This document shows positions 25,350-36,536 of a stretch of DNA of 64,000 nucleotides, piece by piece. The stretch is taken from positions 102 through 64,101 of the forward strand of contig JBAZQN010000010.1 of assembly GCA_041645165.1 (NCBI GenBank), given 5' to 3'. The notes under the pieces were generated by a model, which saw only the letters and a list, made by a program, of their open reading frames with translations, was not told where the DNA came from and did not search any database. Position 1 is the first letter of the stretch, and every line of letters starts with the position of its first letter. Made by a program: the position numbers and the translations under genes. Source of the DNA: Patescibacteria group bacterium (GTDB lineage: Bacteria > Patescibacteriota > Patescibacteriia > 2-02-FULL-49-11).

Positions 25350-26813
25350 TTACTTTTCTTTTATTGCATCCATCCACTTAAACTCGCCCGTTTGTAAATC
25401 ACCATACGCCAAATGCGCGTACTCTTCTTCCCCCGCTTTTCTGCATTCATTGCTTAACGTGAGGACAACCAGCTTCGCCGATTCTTCCGGCAATTTCAAA
25501 CGTTCGATCAAAATATGCTTCAAAAACGCCAAGAGGTGTTTCGCCGCCGCCGGATCTTGCTTGAATTCCTCTATTTGGGATCTGTCCCGCTCCTTGTATG
25601 TTGTTTTCAAGGGTAAGCGGGATCCCGCCTGAGCGGGAGAATTTGGGATTTGGGATTTTTCGATTTGGTGTTCCCAATACCGCTGATATCGAGCGGAAAT
25701 CCCCACCGTTGTTTTAAGCGTCTTCCTTCGACCAAGCTCCCAAAGTGTCGCAATGACTTGAGGGATTTGACTACGGTTAATGCCACTAAAAAATTCTTCC
25801 TCTAGTTCGATCGATCCGAGGGGCTCTTCTCTTTTCACATTTTCCTCTAATTGTTTAAGCGCCTTCTGAATGACAGGTTCCTCCGTCCACTTACGATATT
25901 GCTCAATCATCTTGTCTGCAGGAGAGGTAACTCCCAGCTCTTTCATCGCCGCTTCTCGCTTCTCTTTAAATTCATCTTCAATCGCTTTCATCGCAAGCTC
26001 GGTCAATCGCTTGTATTCTGCATACTGCCCAGGAGGGATCTCCTCAAGTTTTCCTTCCTTGAGCGTCACAGGCTTCCCATCCTTAACCGCAGAGACCGTC
26101 TCCTCGAGACCCTCAAGAGTAGCGGAAGACAGCGGGAGCTTATCGCGCAACATCAGTATCATGCGAACGCGTATTTTTTCATTTTCTGGAAGCCGTACAA
26201 TACTAGAACCCTTGGTGAGATATGCTGAACGCTTGAACGCGTCAGCATATCCCGTCCCGACATTAGAAATGTAATCTTTAATCCAATTTTCTATGGTCGG
26301 CGTTGCTTCACGGCCGCCAAGGAGAGGACCTTGAGCGGTAATACGCTCCTGGCTGCGTATAAGGGTATCTAAAAGCCTTTGTTTTATCTCATCTCTCCTT
26401 TTATAGCTATATTCTTTCTGCACAAACGCTTTTACTGCATCCATGCTCTCTTTGCCATGAATATCCAGTACGAGCCCCAAATGGGCATTAAATAATTCTG
26501 TTACTTCATCTAATTCAAGAAGAGGAACACAAATAGCGCGGCATACCCACATCATATTCGTTATCTTCTGGTATGCTTCCGGATACTTCATGAGCAAATC
26601 CGGATACCCTTTAAGGAGCAGCTTAAACGCCCGTAGCTGCTCAAACGCATCTTCCATCATCACGAACTCGCGGAGGTAAGCTACATACTCGTCATATTGC
26701 GCGAGCGCCTCCGTATTCACAAATGTTTCCACGGGCGGGGGCGCCGTGAGGTTACCGGCATCCTGTACTTCATCAGGCTGCGCCAGAGGAGTAAGTTGTG
26801 GTTCATCTGCCAT
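25350..26813 (-). CDS. Hypothetical protein
   Basis: 487-aa ORF. No recognised domain. Confidence 0.4.
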   Translation of the reverse strand: MADEPQLTPLAQPDEVQDAGNLTAPPPVETFVNTEALAQYDEYVAYLREFVMMEDAFEQLRAFKLLLKGYPDLLMKYPEAYQKITNMMWVCRAICVPLLELDEVTELFNAHLGLVLDIHGKESMDAVKAFVQKEYSYKRRDEIKQRLLDTLIRSQERITAQGPLLGGREATPTIENWIKDYISNVGTGYADAFKRSAYLTKGSSIVRLPENEKIRVRMILMLRDKLPLSSATLEGLEETVSAVKDGKPVTLKEGKLEEIPPGQYAEYKRLTELAMKAIEDEFKEKREAAMKELGVTSPADKMIEQYRKWTEEPVIQKALKQLEENVKREEPLGSIELEEEFFSGINRSQIPQVIATLWELGRRKTLKTTVGISARYQRYWEHQIEKSQIPNSPAQAGSRLPLKTTYKERDRSQIEEFKQDPAAAKHLLAFLKHILIERLKLPEESAKLVVLTLSNECRKAGEEEYAHLAYGDLQTGEFKWMDAIKEK

Positions 26814-26825
26814 AAAGAAGGAATA

Positions 26826-29800
26826 TTAATATCCTCGGAAGAATCGCTCAAGAAGAAAATTATTTCTCCTTACATCGCCAAAACCAGGTGGTATGGCACG
26901 CATTGATGATAAAAGCTGACGATTTACATCTCTCATCGCAGCCCTATCCGCAGGCATCTCCTGAGACAGTCGGCTTAGGATGTTTAGTGCCTCTGGCGAG
27001 CCAAGATTCTTCTGCATACTCGGCTGCATGCGGCCCTGGCTCAATAATCTTGGCATCTTAAAGTAGTTACGTGCATAAAGAGTTACACCCATCGGCATGA
27101 TATGTCCTTCCCGGTTACCGGTTTTGCGAAAATCTTCCGAACTGAACGGAACTTCATTAAAGAGCGCGAGACGGTTCCGGTTACGCATGAAACTCTCAAA
27201 GTCTACCTTTTCTATTTCAGCCAAACATTCAATATTCCGTTCGATCTCTTTCGCCCACATTGGCTCGCCCGTGAAGTAGTCAATGTCCACCGCTCGCGCC
27301 ACGCCCCAGTGGCCAATCCCCTCGCCGGTATAGCTCACATCGTTGCCCACTGCCAAACCAATATCAGAAGTAAGCCCTAATCCTGGCTTATTCTTGAATC
27401 CCTGACGTTTAATGCCATATTGATCAATATAATCATCCCACGACAAGTCCATCTTCTCTGCCATCTCCTTTGTGAGTCCGCCTTTATTTCCTACCAATTC
27501 TCCCATAACAAATTCTTTCAGACCTCCGGCGTTTGAACCATAGTTAAACCAATTCTGCAGCTCATTCTCATTACCATACCTCGTAGCCTTTCTTAAGGCA
27601 GCCGCAGCACGCACGCCGTCTTTTTCCTTAATCGCGTCCTCCGCAATTCTCACCAGCTCTTTCCAGTTATCAGTGGTAAGCTTCCGCTCTTCTTCGTCAA
27701 TGTCATGGCGCGTATGTTGGCGCGTCTCATAATCGAAAGATGGCCTGATTTGGTCAGCATCTTTTTTAATTTTGTCTATTTCAACATCGAGCATTTCCAC
27801 CTCACGCCGCTTCTCTTCCCGATCAGCCTCAGTAATTCGGGGAGTATCTTGTAACTTTTTGTACATTTGCGCTTGCTTCTTCGCGGCCTCGATAAATCCT
27901 TGGTTAAATTTTTCCTCTTCTACACTTGCCAATAATAATTTCTTTCCACCATCATATTTTTTTCCTTGTAATTCATCAAATTGACTTAATCGGTCTAACA
28001 ACTGTCCTCTTGTTTCTGCTGCCCCACGGGCGTCCCCGCCCGCAATAGCGCGGGCAAGTTTATTTGGCAACTCTTCCAAGTCCTTATGAAGCTTCTTGAA
28101 GTCCTCAAGCGCCTTTGCTTCTTTCTTTAATTCCTGTATCATCTTTTCTTGTTTTTCTTTTTGAATCTTCAATGCAGGTGTTTCTCCCTCTTTCGTTATC
28201 TTATCCTCAACAAATTTAAGATCCCCCTCTGCCCTCTTTATAACTCCACCTGGAGCATTAAGTTCTATCAGGCGTGCTTCGCGCTCTTTAACCTGCTGCT
28301 TCGTAAGTCCTCCTTTTGTGAATAAATCTGCTCTCTCCTGTTCATTTATTTCTTTTTGTGCAAAGTATGCCATTGCTCGTTGCTCGAAGTCAGCAGGCGA
28401 TTCCTTTTTGATTTTTTCAAGATCATCAATAGTTTCTTTTATTTCTTTTTTCTTATTTAAAATGCTATTAGGGTCTTTCTCGCTAAGCAGACCTTTCAGC
28501 TCTATAATGCGTGTTTGCTTTTCTTTCCACCTCGCCGATCTGTCCTCTTCATCGAATTTCTCTTCATCTTCCTTTTCTTTTACCATGGCATCCACACTAT
28601 GTTCGAATCTTATCACATCAGCCATAGCTTCCTTCATCTGTTCAGGTTTAAGAGCGGAAAACTCCTGCCGCCGCTTGAACTCTTCTCTTAGTTTATCAGG
28701 ATCATCCTTACCTTCATTATCTTCAAGATATTCTTCTACGGTTCCAATACCCTTCGCCGGATCAATTGATGTATATATACGCTTCTCCCTATTTAGTGCT
28801 TTTTTTGCCTCATCAATATCTAGACTTTCCAACTCGCCCCGAAAAGATTGCTCCATCTGGCTATAAGCATCATGATCTACTTGAATTTTCCCTATCATTG
28901 CTTCTCCTATATTCCCTTGTGCTATCTCTGCTTCGATCTCCTCTTTTCTCTTTCCCACCGCCTCTGCCTCTTCTCTCATCTTTTGATATTTTTTTCCAAA
29001 CACCACTCCAGGCCCCTTGGTGACTAGCTCTTTGAGTGTTCTCGTGTCCCATCTATGGCGCAAATTATACGCGGGAGCCGAGAGGAATTGTTTCATGCTC
29101 CCCGCTTCCTCACGCTTCTTTTGGATCCGGTCCACTCTCTGGCGGCGCCAGCGTTTCCCCTTCTCCGTCACGTTCTCTGTCCATAGTTTCTTTAATCCCT
29201 CTTTTGAAAGCAACTCTTCTGAGATACCTAGTCGCGATGCTGCATCCTTCCCTATACCGGCCCCTGCGGCTTTCCCCAAACCGCCCACGCCTTTCGCGAT
29301 TCCCTTAAAAGGCGCGGCGCCCCACTGCTGCAGCTTTCCGGACACCGTGCCGGCGAATTGGCCGCCCATGACCCCAAGCTGCTGGGTGAGGGTAAGAGAC
29401 CCGACGAGGAGCGAGATCACGATGATAAAGTTGATAAGGCTGTCAGTCCTGCCCACTTTCGTCTCAAACGGATTGTATTGGTCTATAGTCGTCTTTTCGC
29501 CCGCCAAAAATTTGCCAAAGGTGGTATTTTCCCGCCGGACAAACGATCCCTGCTGCATGATGGCAAACGTGAGCCACAAAAAAAACGCGAGGACCGGGCC
29601 GACGATCAGGTGGGAAGTGAATTTTTCCCACCACTGGCTTGAATATTTCTGGCCGCCCGGGAACGCCGAAAGGAGATACGCAAGGGGAGAGAGCACGGTA
29701 AGCGTCCAGAGCATAATGACGCGGAACACCAAGACCAAGATAAACGCAAGGAGCACGCCTGCCGTCACCGCCGCCACGGCAAGCCCCAAAAGAAGCCCCC

Positions 29801-30413
29801 CCAGCACTTTCATAGACTCCACGTTTCCCAGGGATGCGGTCGTCTTAGCTGAATAACTCAAAATGTCCCCAATGCCTACCGCATCAATGATATTCCCGCC
29901 GGCGATGTCCCGAAATGAATTCACAAACGTGAGCATGATGATCTGGGCAAGGTCAATGAAGAACCCTGTGATCATCCGGGAAAAATTGATGAGTACCGCC
30001 ATGATGAGGAGCTTCGGAAGGAGCGCGCGATAAGAATAGGATTCCACTTTAAATATAGTCGCGACCGCGATCACCAAGAGCACTACGATGAAAAACATGT
30101 TGGACACGTCCCGCACCACGGTCCATCCGAGCTGTACCCCGTACTCGGTCGCGAAATCGTTATAACTTGCCACCATCACCAAAATGGGAATCAGCGTCAC
30201 GGTGACCAACATGCCAAAAAACCACACGATCCCATAGATGAGCGTGGTAACCATTGTGATGAGCGTTCCTTCTGCTATATTCACAAGCCATCCTAGCTGC
30301 GCATGCGCGCCGGGAACCAATAAAAACACGCCCATCAGCGCGAGCGCCGCGCTCATAAATATCGTAGCATGGCGAAAATGCATTTTTTTAAATTGTGCAA
30401 AGCAAGTAGACAT
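26826..30413 (-). CDS. VirB6/TrbL-like polytopic membrane protein with a very long Lys/Glu-rich coiled-coil extension and a C-terminal globular domain
   Basis: 1195 aa. Signal peptide plus about 7 TM helices in the first ~350 aa, then a long charged heptad-like region. Confidence 0.45.
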   Translation of the reverse strand: MSTCFAQFKKMHFRHATIFMSAALALMGVFLLVPGAHAQLGWLVNIAEGTLITMVTTLIYGIVWFFGMLVTVTLIPILVMVASYNDFATEYGVQLGWTVVRDVSNMFFIVVLLVIAVATIFKVESYSYRALLPKLLIMAVLINFSRMITGFFIDLAQIIMLTFVNSFRDIAGGNIIDAVGIGDILSYSAKTTASLGNVESMKVLGGLLLGLAVAAVTAGVLLAFILVLVFRVIMLWTLTVLSPLAYLLSAFPGGQKYSSQWWEKFTSHLIVGPVLAFFLWLTFAIMQQGSFVRRENTTFGKFLAGEKTTIDQYNPFETKVGRTDSLINFIIVISLLVGSLTLTQQLGVMGGQFAGTVSGKLQQWGAAPFKGIAKGVGGLGKAAGAGIGKDAASRLGISEELLSKEGLKKLWTENVTEKGKRWRRQRVDRIQKKREEAGSMKQFLSAPAYNLRHRWDTRTLKELVTKGPGVVFGKKYQKMREEAEAVGKRKEEIEAEIAQGNIGEAMIGKIQVDHDAYSQMEQSFRGELESLDIDEAKKALNREKRIYTSIDPAKGIGTVEEYLEDNEGKDDPDKLREEFKRRQEFSALKPEQMKEAMADVIRFEHSVDAMVKEKEDEEKFDEEDRSARWKEKQTRIIELKGLLSEKDPNSILNKKKEIKETIDDLEKIKKESPADFEQRAMAYFAQKEINEQERADLFTKGGLTKQQVKEREARLIELNAPGGVIKRAEGDLKFVEDKITKEGETPALKIQKEKQEKMIQELKKEAKALEDFKKLHKDLEELPNKLARAIAGGDARGAAETRGQLLDRLSQFDELQGKKYDGGKKLLLASVEEEKFNQGFIEAAKKQAQMYKKLQDTPRITEADREEKRREVEMLDVEIDKIKKDADQIRPSFDYETRQHTRHDIDEEERKLTTDNWKELVRIAEDAIKEKDGVRAAAALRKATRYGNENELQNWFNYGSNAGGLKEFVMGELVGNKGGLTKEMAEKMDLSWDDYIDQYGIKRQGFKNKPGLGLTSDIGLAVGNDVSYTGEGIGHWGVARAVDIDYFTGEPMWAKEIERNIECLAEIEKVDFESFMRNRNRLALFNEVPFSSEDFRKTGNREGHIMPMGVTLYARNYFKMPRLLSQGRMQPSMQKNLGSPEALNILSRLSQEMPADRAAMRDVNRQLLSSMRAIPPGFGDVRRNNFLLERFFRGY

Positions 30414-30435
30414 GAATGGTTATCGGTTTCACGTG

Positions 30436-30616
30436 GTTCGTTCAATCTTGCAGATTGAACGATTGTTTTTGCCGCCACACAGGCTGGTAATACATCGTAT
30501 CGGAATATCAATCTGTAGCGTCGGAGCTTGTCTCCGACTCAACCGATCGTGTGGCCCCTTTAATACAAACTGTCAGGCGGCTGATCAACCCTACAGTTCA
30601 GTCTACAAGACTGAAC
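30436..30616. repeat. Composite intergenic repeat block: REP unit, partial three-stem element, REP hairpin variant
   Basis: GTTCGTTCAATCTTGCAGATTGAACGATTG at 30436-30465. GTAGCGTCGGAGCTTGTCTCCGAC at 30515-30538. GTTCAGTCTACAAGACTGAAC at 30596-30616. Confidence 0.65.
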
Positions 30617-30728
30617 CAACAATGATTGAAAATTTAGTCATTGAAAATTAATTGAAAATTGAACATTGAGAATTGAAAATTGCACTTAGCTTTATTTGAC
30701 ATTGGGATTTGGAAATTGGGATTTTATG

Positions 30729-33700
30729 CTATGGTCTCACCCTTATCACCCCGCCATAGGCTTTCCAGACTTGCGGATTCGGGAGCGGGCTTGCGGCGGG
30801 TGTAGCGCACATGGATCCCGCGCATGCAACAGCCGTGCCTGGCGGATTCTCGCAGCTGCCATTGCATAGACCCCAATTATCCATCACCTGCACGTATGGT
30901 TTGAAGAGACAATAGGTGCCATCCCAACAATTTACCCCGCCCGCGCCACATACAGGCAGATCATACTCCCCTTCAGGGCCAATCTGTTTGCCGCCCACGC
31001 CGCACTGATACGTGTGCGTAACAATATGCGGATCCTGCGAGGATTGTTTGGGCTCTATCCGCAATCCTTCCACTGAAGTAATCTGCGAACCATCGCGCCA
31101 GTCGACGCGATATGAAGTCAAAGGTTTATGGTCCTCATCCACGCTACTCGTAAATTTAAGCGCCACGCCGCCGGCGCGCTTAAACATTTTGAGGAGGCCA
31201 TCGATCCATATTTGCTTCACTCGCGGCTGGGCCGCTATTTTAAGGGCGTCGGGGTCGGTGCCATCCAGAATATCCCACGCGTCCACGCAGCGATCTGATA
31301 CTCGGCCGACACACCCTGCCGTCGTTCCCGGCGTACAGCAGTAGCCGTATCTCCCCGTTTGAGGATTAAAAGCCCACACGCTATAGGCTTTCGCAAAAAG
31401 CTCGCGCAAAGTCCCCTTGCCGCGTTCCGCGCCGCCATCAAGGGCAGTATAGAAATTCTCCCAATTCTTCATCTCTTTTGGCTTATCAACCCCCGCGCAA
31501 ATGCCTGGCGCTCCCACATCGCCCTTGACGTAGCCGCAATTCGTTTCCTCATCACATAACTTCCCCACTTTTTCATCGCTTCCCGTGATGCACACTCTGC
31601 CCCCCTCTGTTCCACTAACACCGCTGCAAATCCCGGATATGGCACATTTGACTTTGATAGCGATCTCGTCATTAGGATTGCACTCAATACTGCCATTATT
31701 GCTACAATAATAAGCTGCATAACCATCTATGTCTGGGCCCTTGGCGCACGCACCAGCATAATTGCAATCTTCATCTTCCTCACACTCAGCGCCTACATTG
31801 CCGGCGCTGCACACCTTCTTCACCGCCCGGATCCCATACGGCGCGCCTGCGCGGTACTGGTACGGCGCTGTCTGCCCTTGAGTTATGGGCGCTTCCACGT
31901 ATGCAGGGCCTGGCCACGTGGCAGGATCGCCAGGATCAATGCCTGACCCTCTCGGCAGCACAAGGCCGCCATACGGCTCGTAATCCTGTTCGTATGGATA
32001 CTTGGGCGCGTTATACGGGGACTTAAAGCCGCCTGGCCCAATCCGTGTCGCATACGGCAGGGTTTCACCGTCCTGCGTCACCACTTGCGCAATCACGTTG
32101 CACCGCTCCCCGCGGTAGGTGATGATGCCTTTAAACTTAACTCTCCCTGAACCACCGCTGCCATCCTTATAATACACATGCAGGATTTTTAATTTGTTAT
32201 TCTCGCCAAATTCCAGCCATGCCGAAATCATATTACAATCATTTTCATGGGCGCCTTTTTCGCACCGCAAATAGGCATAGGGATTGTAGAGAGCATGATA
32301 TTTATCTTTATCATCGTCAGGACCGCAGTTCTTGGTGGAGGTAAGACCATTGCGCCAATGATCTTTATTCGACTGGTTCAAAATAATCGTTCCCTTCTTT
32401 CCACTTAATGAGAGATTAATATCTGTATCATCATTCCTCATTGTGCAGTCGTACGAATCGGAAGTGCCATCATCCATCTGTATGTCATCAATCCTCACTT
32501 CAATTATTTCATTTTTATATATATCCAACCAACTAAGATCAATAGGAAAACTGCAAGACTCACTCTGACATTGGCCGTATGTGTCGCTGGTAATCGCCCG
32601 ATCATAATACGGCCAGTCGCCTTTTGACTCGAGACAGTAATACAAGGGCTTCCTGCCAGTATAGCCTGCCACAGGCTCGCTTGAGAACAAATCAGAGGTC
32701 CCCAAAAGCACGTCCACCGGCCACCAAATCAGGCAGTCGTTTGCGGGATCAAGGTAGCGGCTAGGATTTGGATCCTGCCGCTCCACGCAATAGCCTTTCC
32801 ACCCTTTATACTCTTTGCCGGACGCTGCTTCCAGAAAATCGCAGGCAGGCGCGTCTTGCGTAGGATACGTGCGGCAGGAGCGCGGAAGCGTGCGCCCTTC
32901 CGCGATGGCAAGCGCGGGCTGGATAGTAACATCGTCAATATAGAAAGGGCTTGGCGCGATCGCGCTGCTTTCCTGCTGCACGAACTGAAGGAAGGCTTGC
33001 CCGCTTAAATTTTCAGGAAGCTTGCCATCCTCTGCCTTGGTGCCAAGCCGCATCTGATACGTCACCCAGCTGTTGTCAAGGGTAACTTTCTGCGCTCCTT
33101 TCCCAATCACAAAATTATGATAATCATTGCCAATGGCAAGCTGAGCGCGAATTGCCCTCAACACGCACTCTTCGCGCTCATCGTGAAATATAGGGCAATC
33201 CGCGCTGATGTCGCACAGTCGCGTTTTAGTTCGTTCGCAATGCCCTTCGTTTTTATCGGTGCGGGCGCGGAACGTAAGCATCATCGTGTCCATGCCAGGC
33301 GCGGAAATAAATGTGCCTAAGGGGATAAACGCGCCAGACCAATGCTCTGCCCCCGGCACCACCTTCAAGATAAATGTAGAATAGAACGCATAGCCTGATT
33401 TGCGTTCAACATAAATGCTTGCGCCATAGCGCGGCTGCCATGGCGAGGGGGCGCCAGTTTCAAAATTGCCATTCTGCACCTTTACGGTTCTGCCGACTTC
33501 ATTCATGCGCACGTACGGGTAGAGGCCGTCAACGCGCGGGTATATGCACACGCCATCCGCTGCGGGACATGCATTGGTTGCGGAGCACTCTCGAGTTGTA
33601 GTAATAGAGCAATAGCCAATGCTCCAGGCTAAACCTACTTTAGAATACCCTGATACGTCCTTAATGAAGTGTATCTGCGACGGCGTGTCAAAGGTGAGGT

Positions 33701-35678
33701 TTGCCCGGCCAGTTGCGCCTTCCAGCGCCACAGGATTTGCGCATTCCCCTTTCGGATCGAGCGTATCGCACACGCCAAGGTCAAAACACATGTCTTCATA
33801 CTTGCCCTGCTGGTTTTTTAAGCGTACTGCTGACTGGCAGTAGAGCCAGTTCTTGCACACGCGGTCGCGCGTGACTTTCATGATCTGGTTCGCGTCCGGC
33901 TCGATCGCAGGACACGCAGGTACCGTCACCCTCCAATACTTGGGACCCGCAGTCTCCGGGGGATTAGCGATTTGCGCGGTAATGTTTACGCAATACGAAA
34001 AGAGACATTGGGCGGGAGCGGCACAGTCGATATTACTGCTACAGGAGTCAAAAGGCGATTTTGAACATCTGCCGGTTGTTGGTGAGAGCGGTGTTGCCAC
34101 CACTGCGTGGGATAGGGTATACACCTCATCAGTCCGTGAACCTTCCGGTGCAGTCACACGACAACTTCCTAAACCCCATGGAATGTTTTGCCACGATACG
34201 GTCCCTCGTGCAGGCTTTGTCGTGCCATAAGTCACGCGGAAGGAACGACAGGTAACATCAGAAATGCCCGCGTCTACAATCCGCAGTGTCTCCGCGGTAG
34301 AACCGCTCACGATAAACTGCCCGTTATACTCGGCTTGCACAAACCCTGTCACGTTGCAGGTAATATGAAACGAATATGTTCCTCCTGCATTGAGCCCTGG
34401 GAATACTACTTTGTGGGAAATGGGATTGCCAGTTGATATCTGCGAAAGACCGCCAGGGGTCAAGGTGGTGGTGCACACGCTTGGCATGAAAGTTTCAGGA
34501 TAAGTCACCCACGTAATAGTCTCTTCAGCCGGAGCCGATGTTTCAGAAATTACATGGTGGATATAGAGCTGTTTGGGCACGATGGAAGAACAGGGCTTGG
34601 TGCAGCACACGTCGGTGGTGGCGGCGCCCGCAGCGTCTACATCCGGCACTTCTTCCCCTTCTATGCAGATGCTTGCGGTCGAACATGCCGCGTAATGCTG
34701 GCATCCTAAATCGTCCACGCACGTCACGGTGGCATCATACACACACTTTCCCGTTGTTATATTGCATCCCACATCAGCGCGGCACGTTTCTGACAAACCG
34801 TGACCGGAATAGCAACCATTGTGCGCGGGATCATTCACTACGCATTCATCCCCTGAACCGCCGCCGTTCACATCCCGGCAATGCCCAAACAACGCCAAGG
34901 GGCATCCCGCTGACGTTGTGCACGGATCGCCAATGTTCAAACCGTCTTGGCACACCATGAGCGCAGGATTACAAAAATATCCTCCCCAGCCACTAGGCGG
35001 CGGATCTATGCAGGTGCGCAAGCCAATCGTGTACGTACCGCCGTGCAACCCATTGGGAGCAAGTACGTCAGCAACGCCGCCGTTAGGCGCGACATAAACC
35101 ACGTGGTTCCTGATAGCAGCATCTGGATTGTTTTGGTCAAAATTCACTTCGGTGACGCCCGGGGTAGTTCTGGTCCGAAATATAAGAGTCACAAATGTGG
35201 CATCATCAAACACGCCCTTAGGCGCGCCGCGCACGATATGAATCGTATTGCGGTCAGTCAGGACGCCTGGAATTATGTCCTGAACCGTTACTTGGGTAAA
35301 AGGGTCTGCTGCGCTAATACACGCATCTTGCAAACCACTAGCCTCGCAGTCATCCTTCCTGATATCCAGCATTGTGGGATCATACGTAATCACCACTTCT
35401 GCCGCATACAAGGGCTGTTGAGAAGGGTTAGAAATCATCACATTCAACGGCATGGCGGTGTTAAAAGAATACCTGCCGCTTGCCGGCCGCAGGGAAAGCT
35501 CCACATTGGGATTTCCAGCTGGGTTTGGAGTCACTTGCGCAAAGAGCAATCCTACCCCTGCGGCCACCGCGAGGAATATCACGATCTTGACCCACAGCGA
35601 AAGCGCGCCAAACCAGCTATGGAAGCGCTGCCACAATTCCTTTACACTCAAATGCATTTGTTCATTATTGTCAGGCAT
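30729..35678 (-). CDS. Giant (1649-aa) Cys-rich secreted or surface protein with an N-terminal signal-anchor
   Basis: TM anchor WFGALSLWVKIVIFLAVAAGVGLLFA. More than 100 Cys. Gly-rich. No recognised catalytic motif. Confidence 0.6.
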   Translation of the reverse strand: MPDNNEQMHLSVKELWQRFHSWFGALSLWVKIVIFLAVAAGVGLLFAQVTPNPAGNPNVELSLRPASGRYSFNTAMPLNVMISNPSQQPLYAAEVVITYDPTMLDIRKDDCEASGLQDACISAADPFTQVTVQDIIPGVLTDRNTIHIVRGAPKGVFDDATFVTLIFRTRTTPGVTEVNFDQNNPDAAIRNHVVYVAPNGGVADVLAPNGLHGGTYTIGLRTCIDPPPSGWGGYFCNPALMVCQDGLNIGDPCTTSAGCPLALFGHCRDVNGGGSGDECVVNDPAHNGCYSGHGLSETCRADVGCNITTGKCVYDATVTCVDDLGCQHYAACSTASICIEGEEVPDVDAAGAATTDVCCTKPCSSIVPKQLYIHHVISETSAPAEETITWVTYPETFMPSVCTTTLTPGGLSQISTGNPISHKVVFPGLNAGGTYSFHITCNVTGFVQAEYNGQFIVSGSTAETLRIVDAGISDVTCRSFRVTYGTTKPARGTVSWQNIPWGLGSCRVTAPEGSRTDEVYTLSHAVVATPLSPTTGRCSKSPFDSCSSNIDCAAPAQCLFSYCVNITAQIANPPETAGPKYWRVTVPACPAIEPDANQIMKVTRDRVCKNWLYCQSAVRLKNQQGKYEDMCFDLGVCDTLDPKGECANPVALEGATGRANLTFDTPSQIHFIKDVSGYSKVGLAWSIGYCSITTTRECSATNACPAADGVCIYPRVDGLYPYVRMNEVGRTVKVQNGNFETGAPSPWQPRYGASIYVERKSGYAFYSTFILKVVPGAEHWSGAFIPLGTFISAPGMDTMMLTFRARTDKNEGHCERTKTRLCDISADCPIFHDEREECVLRAIRAQLAIGNDYHNFVIGKGAQKVTLDNSWVTYQMRLGTKAEDGKLPENLSGQAFLQFVQQESSAIAPSPFYIDDVTIQPALAIAEGRTLPRSCRTYPTQDAPACDFLEAASGKEYKGWKGYCVERQDPNPSRYLDPANDCLIWWPVDVLLGTSDLFSSEPVAGYTGRKPLYYCLESKGDWPYYDRAITSDTYGQCQSESCSFPIDLSWLDIYKNEIIEVRIDDIQMDDGTSDSYDCTMRNDDTDINLSLSGKKGTIILNQSNKDHWRNGLTSTKNCGPDDDKDKYHALYNPYAYLRCEKGAHENDCNMISAWLEFGENNKLKILHVYYKDGSGGSGRVKFKGIITYRGERCNVIAQVVTQDGETLPYATRIGPGGFKSPYNAPKYPYEQDYEPYGGLVLPRGSGIDPGDPATWPGPAYVEAPITQGQTAPYQYRAGAPYGIRAVKKVCSAGNVGAECEEDEDCNYAGACAKGPDIDGYAAYYCSNNGSIECNPNDEIAIKVKCAISGICSGVSGTEGGRVCITGSDEKVGKLCDEETNCGYVKGDVGAPGICAGVDKPKEMKNWENFYTALDGGAERGKGTLRELFAKAYSVWAFNPQTGRYGYCCTPGTTAGCVGRVSDRCVDAWDILDGTDPDALKIAAQPRVKQIWIDGLLKMFKRAGGVALKFTSSVDEDHKPLTSYRVDWRDGSQITSVEGLRIEPKQSSQDPHIVTHTYQCGVGGKQIGPEGEYDLPVCGAGGVNCWDGTYCLFKPYVQVMDNWGLCNGSCENPPGTAVACAGSMCATPAASPLPNPQVWKAYGGVIRVRP

Positions 35679-35732
35679 ATAGCCTAGTAGGATTTATAAG
35701 ACCTATACGACTTATAAGACTTATCCGTCTTA

Positions 35733-36455
35733 TTATTTTACAATAAACGCCTCATCTTTCACATCCGTAAACACATATTTCTCCGCGGTCATGTACGGCA
35801 CGAACTGCGATTCTTGTTTATCAATAGTAAAGATGATCTCTCCTGCTTTCAGAGGCTTCACCTTGATCCCTGAAAGCAGCCCGCTGCCCGCAAATCCTCC
35901 CTCGCCTCCTTTTGCCCCGGGACCGGGAATAAAGCGCACGATTTCTATCCGCCCTGTAGTCTCAAGCGCACCCGGAGGATTTGCTTCCATAGGCAGGCTT
36001 GTGCCCTTCGCATTTAAACCCTTAAACTCAACCTGCTTCGGATCATAGGTGAGCACCGCTCGCACGACCGTAATATGCGTATCATAGGTATCAAAACGAA
36101 TTTCAACCAATCCTTCTTTTCCCACGCTTAAACTCGTCTTCCCTTCAGGAAGCGATAGGGAAATCGCGCCTTTCAAATCCGGCCGCACGATGGGCGCTGG
36201 TGGTGATTGTCTTTGCGCGGGGAGGGGTGATGGCGGCGCCGGTTTTGGTGGTTTTGGCGTGAAATAATTCACCGCGAGCGCCACTACTACTACCCCCGCC
36301 AGCGCTCCAAGCAGCACAAGAAGGCGGGAAGAAGAACGAGGCTTTGCATCTGTTGATGGAACATTAGTTTGAGAATCTTGTGGAGACATATGATTGATGT
36401 TAATTTTTATAAATAAATGCAAAGTTTCATTGTAGCGTGGCAGCTTGTCTGCCAC
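35733..36455 (-). CDS. Hypothetical membrane-anchored protein
   Basis: The annotated N-terminus is translation of the three-stem repeat. The true start is probably the MSPQDSQTN Met near 36389. Confidence 0.4.
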   Translation of the reverse strand: MADKLPRYNETLHLFIKININHMSPQDSQTNVPSTDAKPRSSSRLLVLLGALAGVVVVALAVNYFTPKPPKPAPPSPLPAQRQSPPAPIVRPDLKGAISLSLPEGKTSLSVGKEGLVEIRFDTYDTHITVVRAVLTYDPKQVEFKGLNAKGTSLPMEANPPGALETTGRIEIVRFIPGPGAKGGEGGFAGSGLLSGIKVKPLKAGEIIFTIDKQESQFVPYMTAEKYVFTDVKDEAFIVK

Positions 36456-36486
36456 CTGTGAGTCGGAGGCAAGCTCCGACGCTACC
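36432..36486 (-). repeat. Three-stem composite repeat (reverse-complement copy)
   Basis: Reverse complement matches 18305-18359. Confidence 0.6.
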
Positions 36487-36536
36487 AGATCTGGGTAATT
36501 CGGGGGTACTACTGGGGTCTGCCGCCTTAGAGTTTA

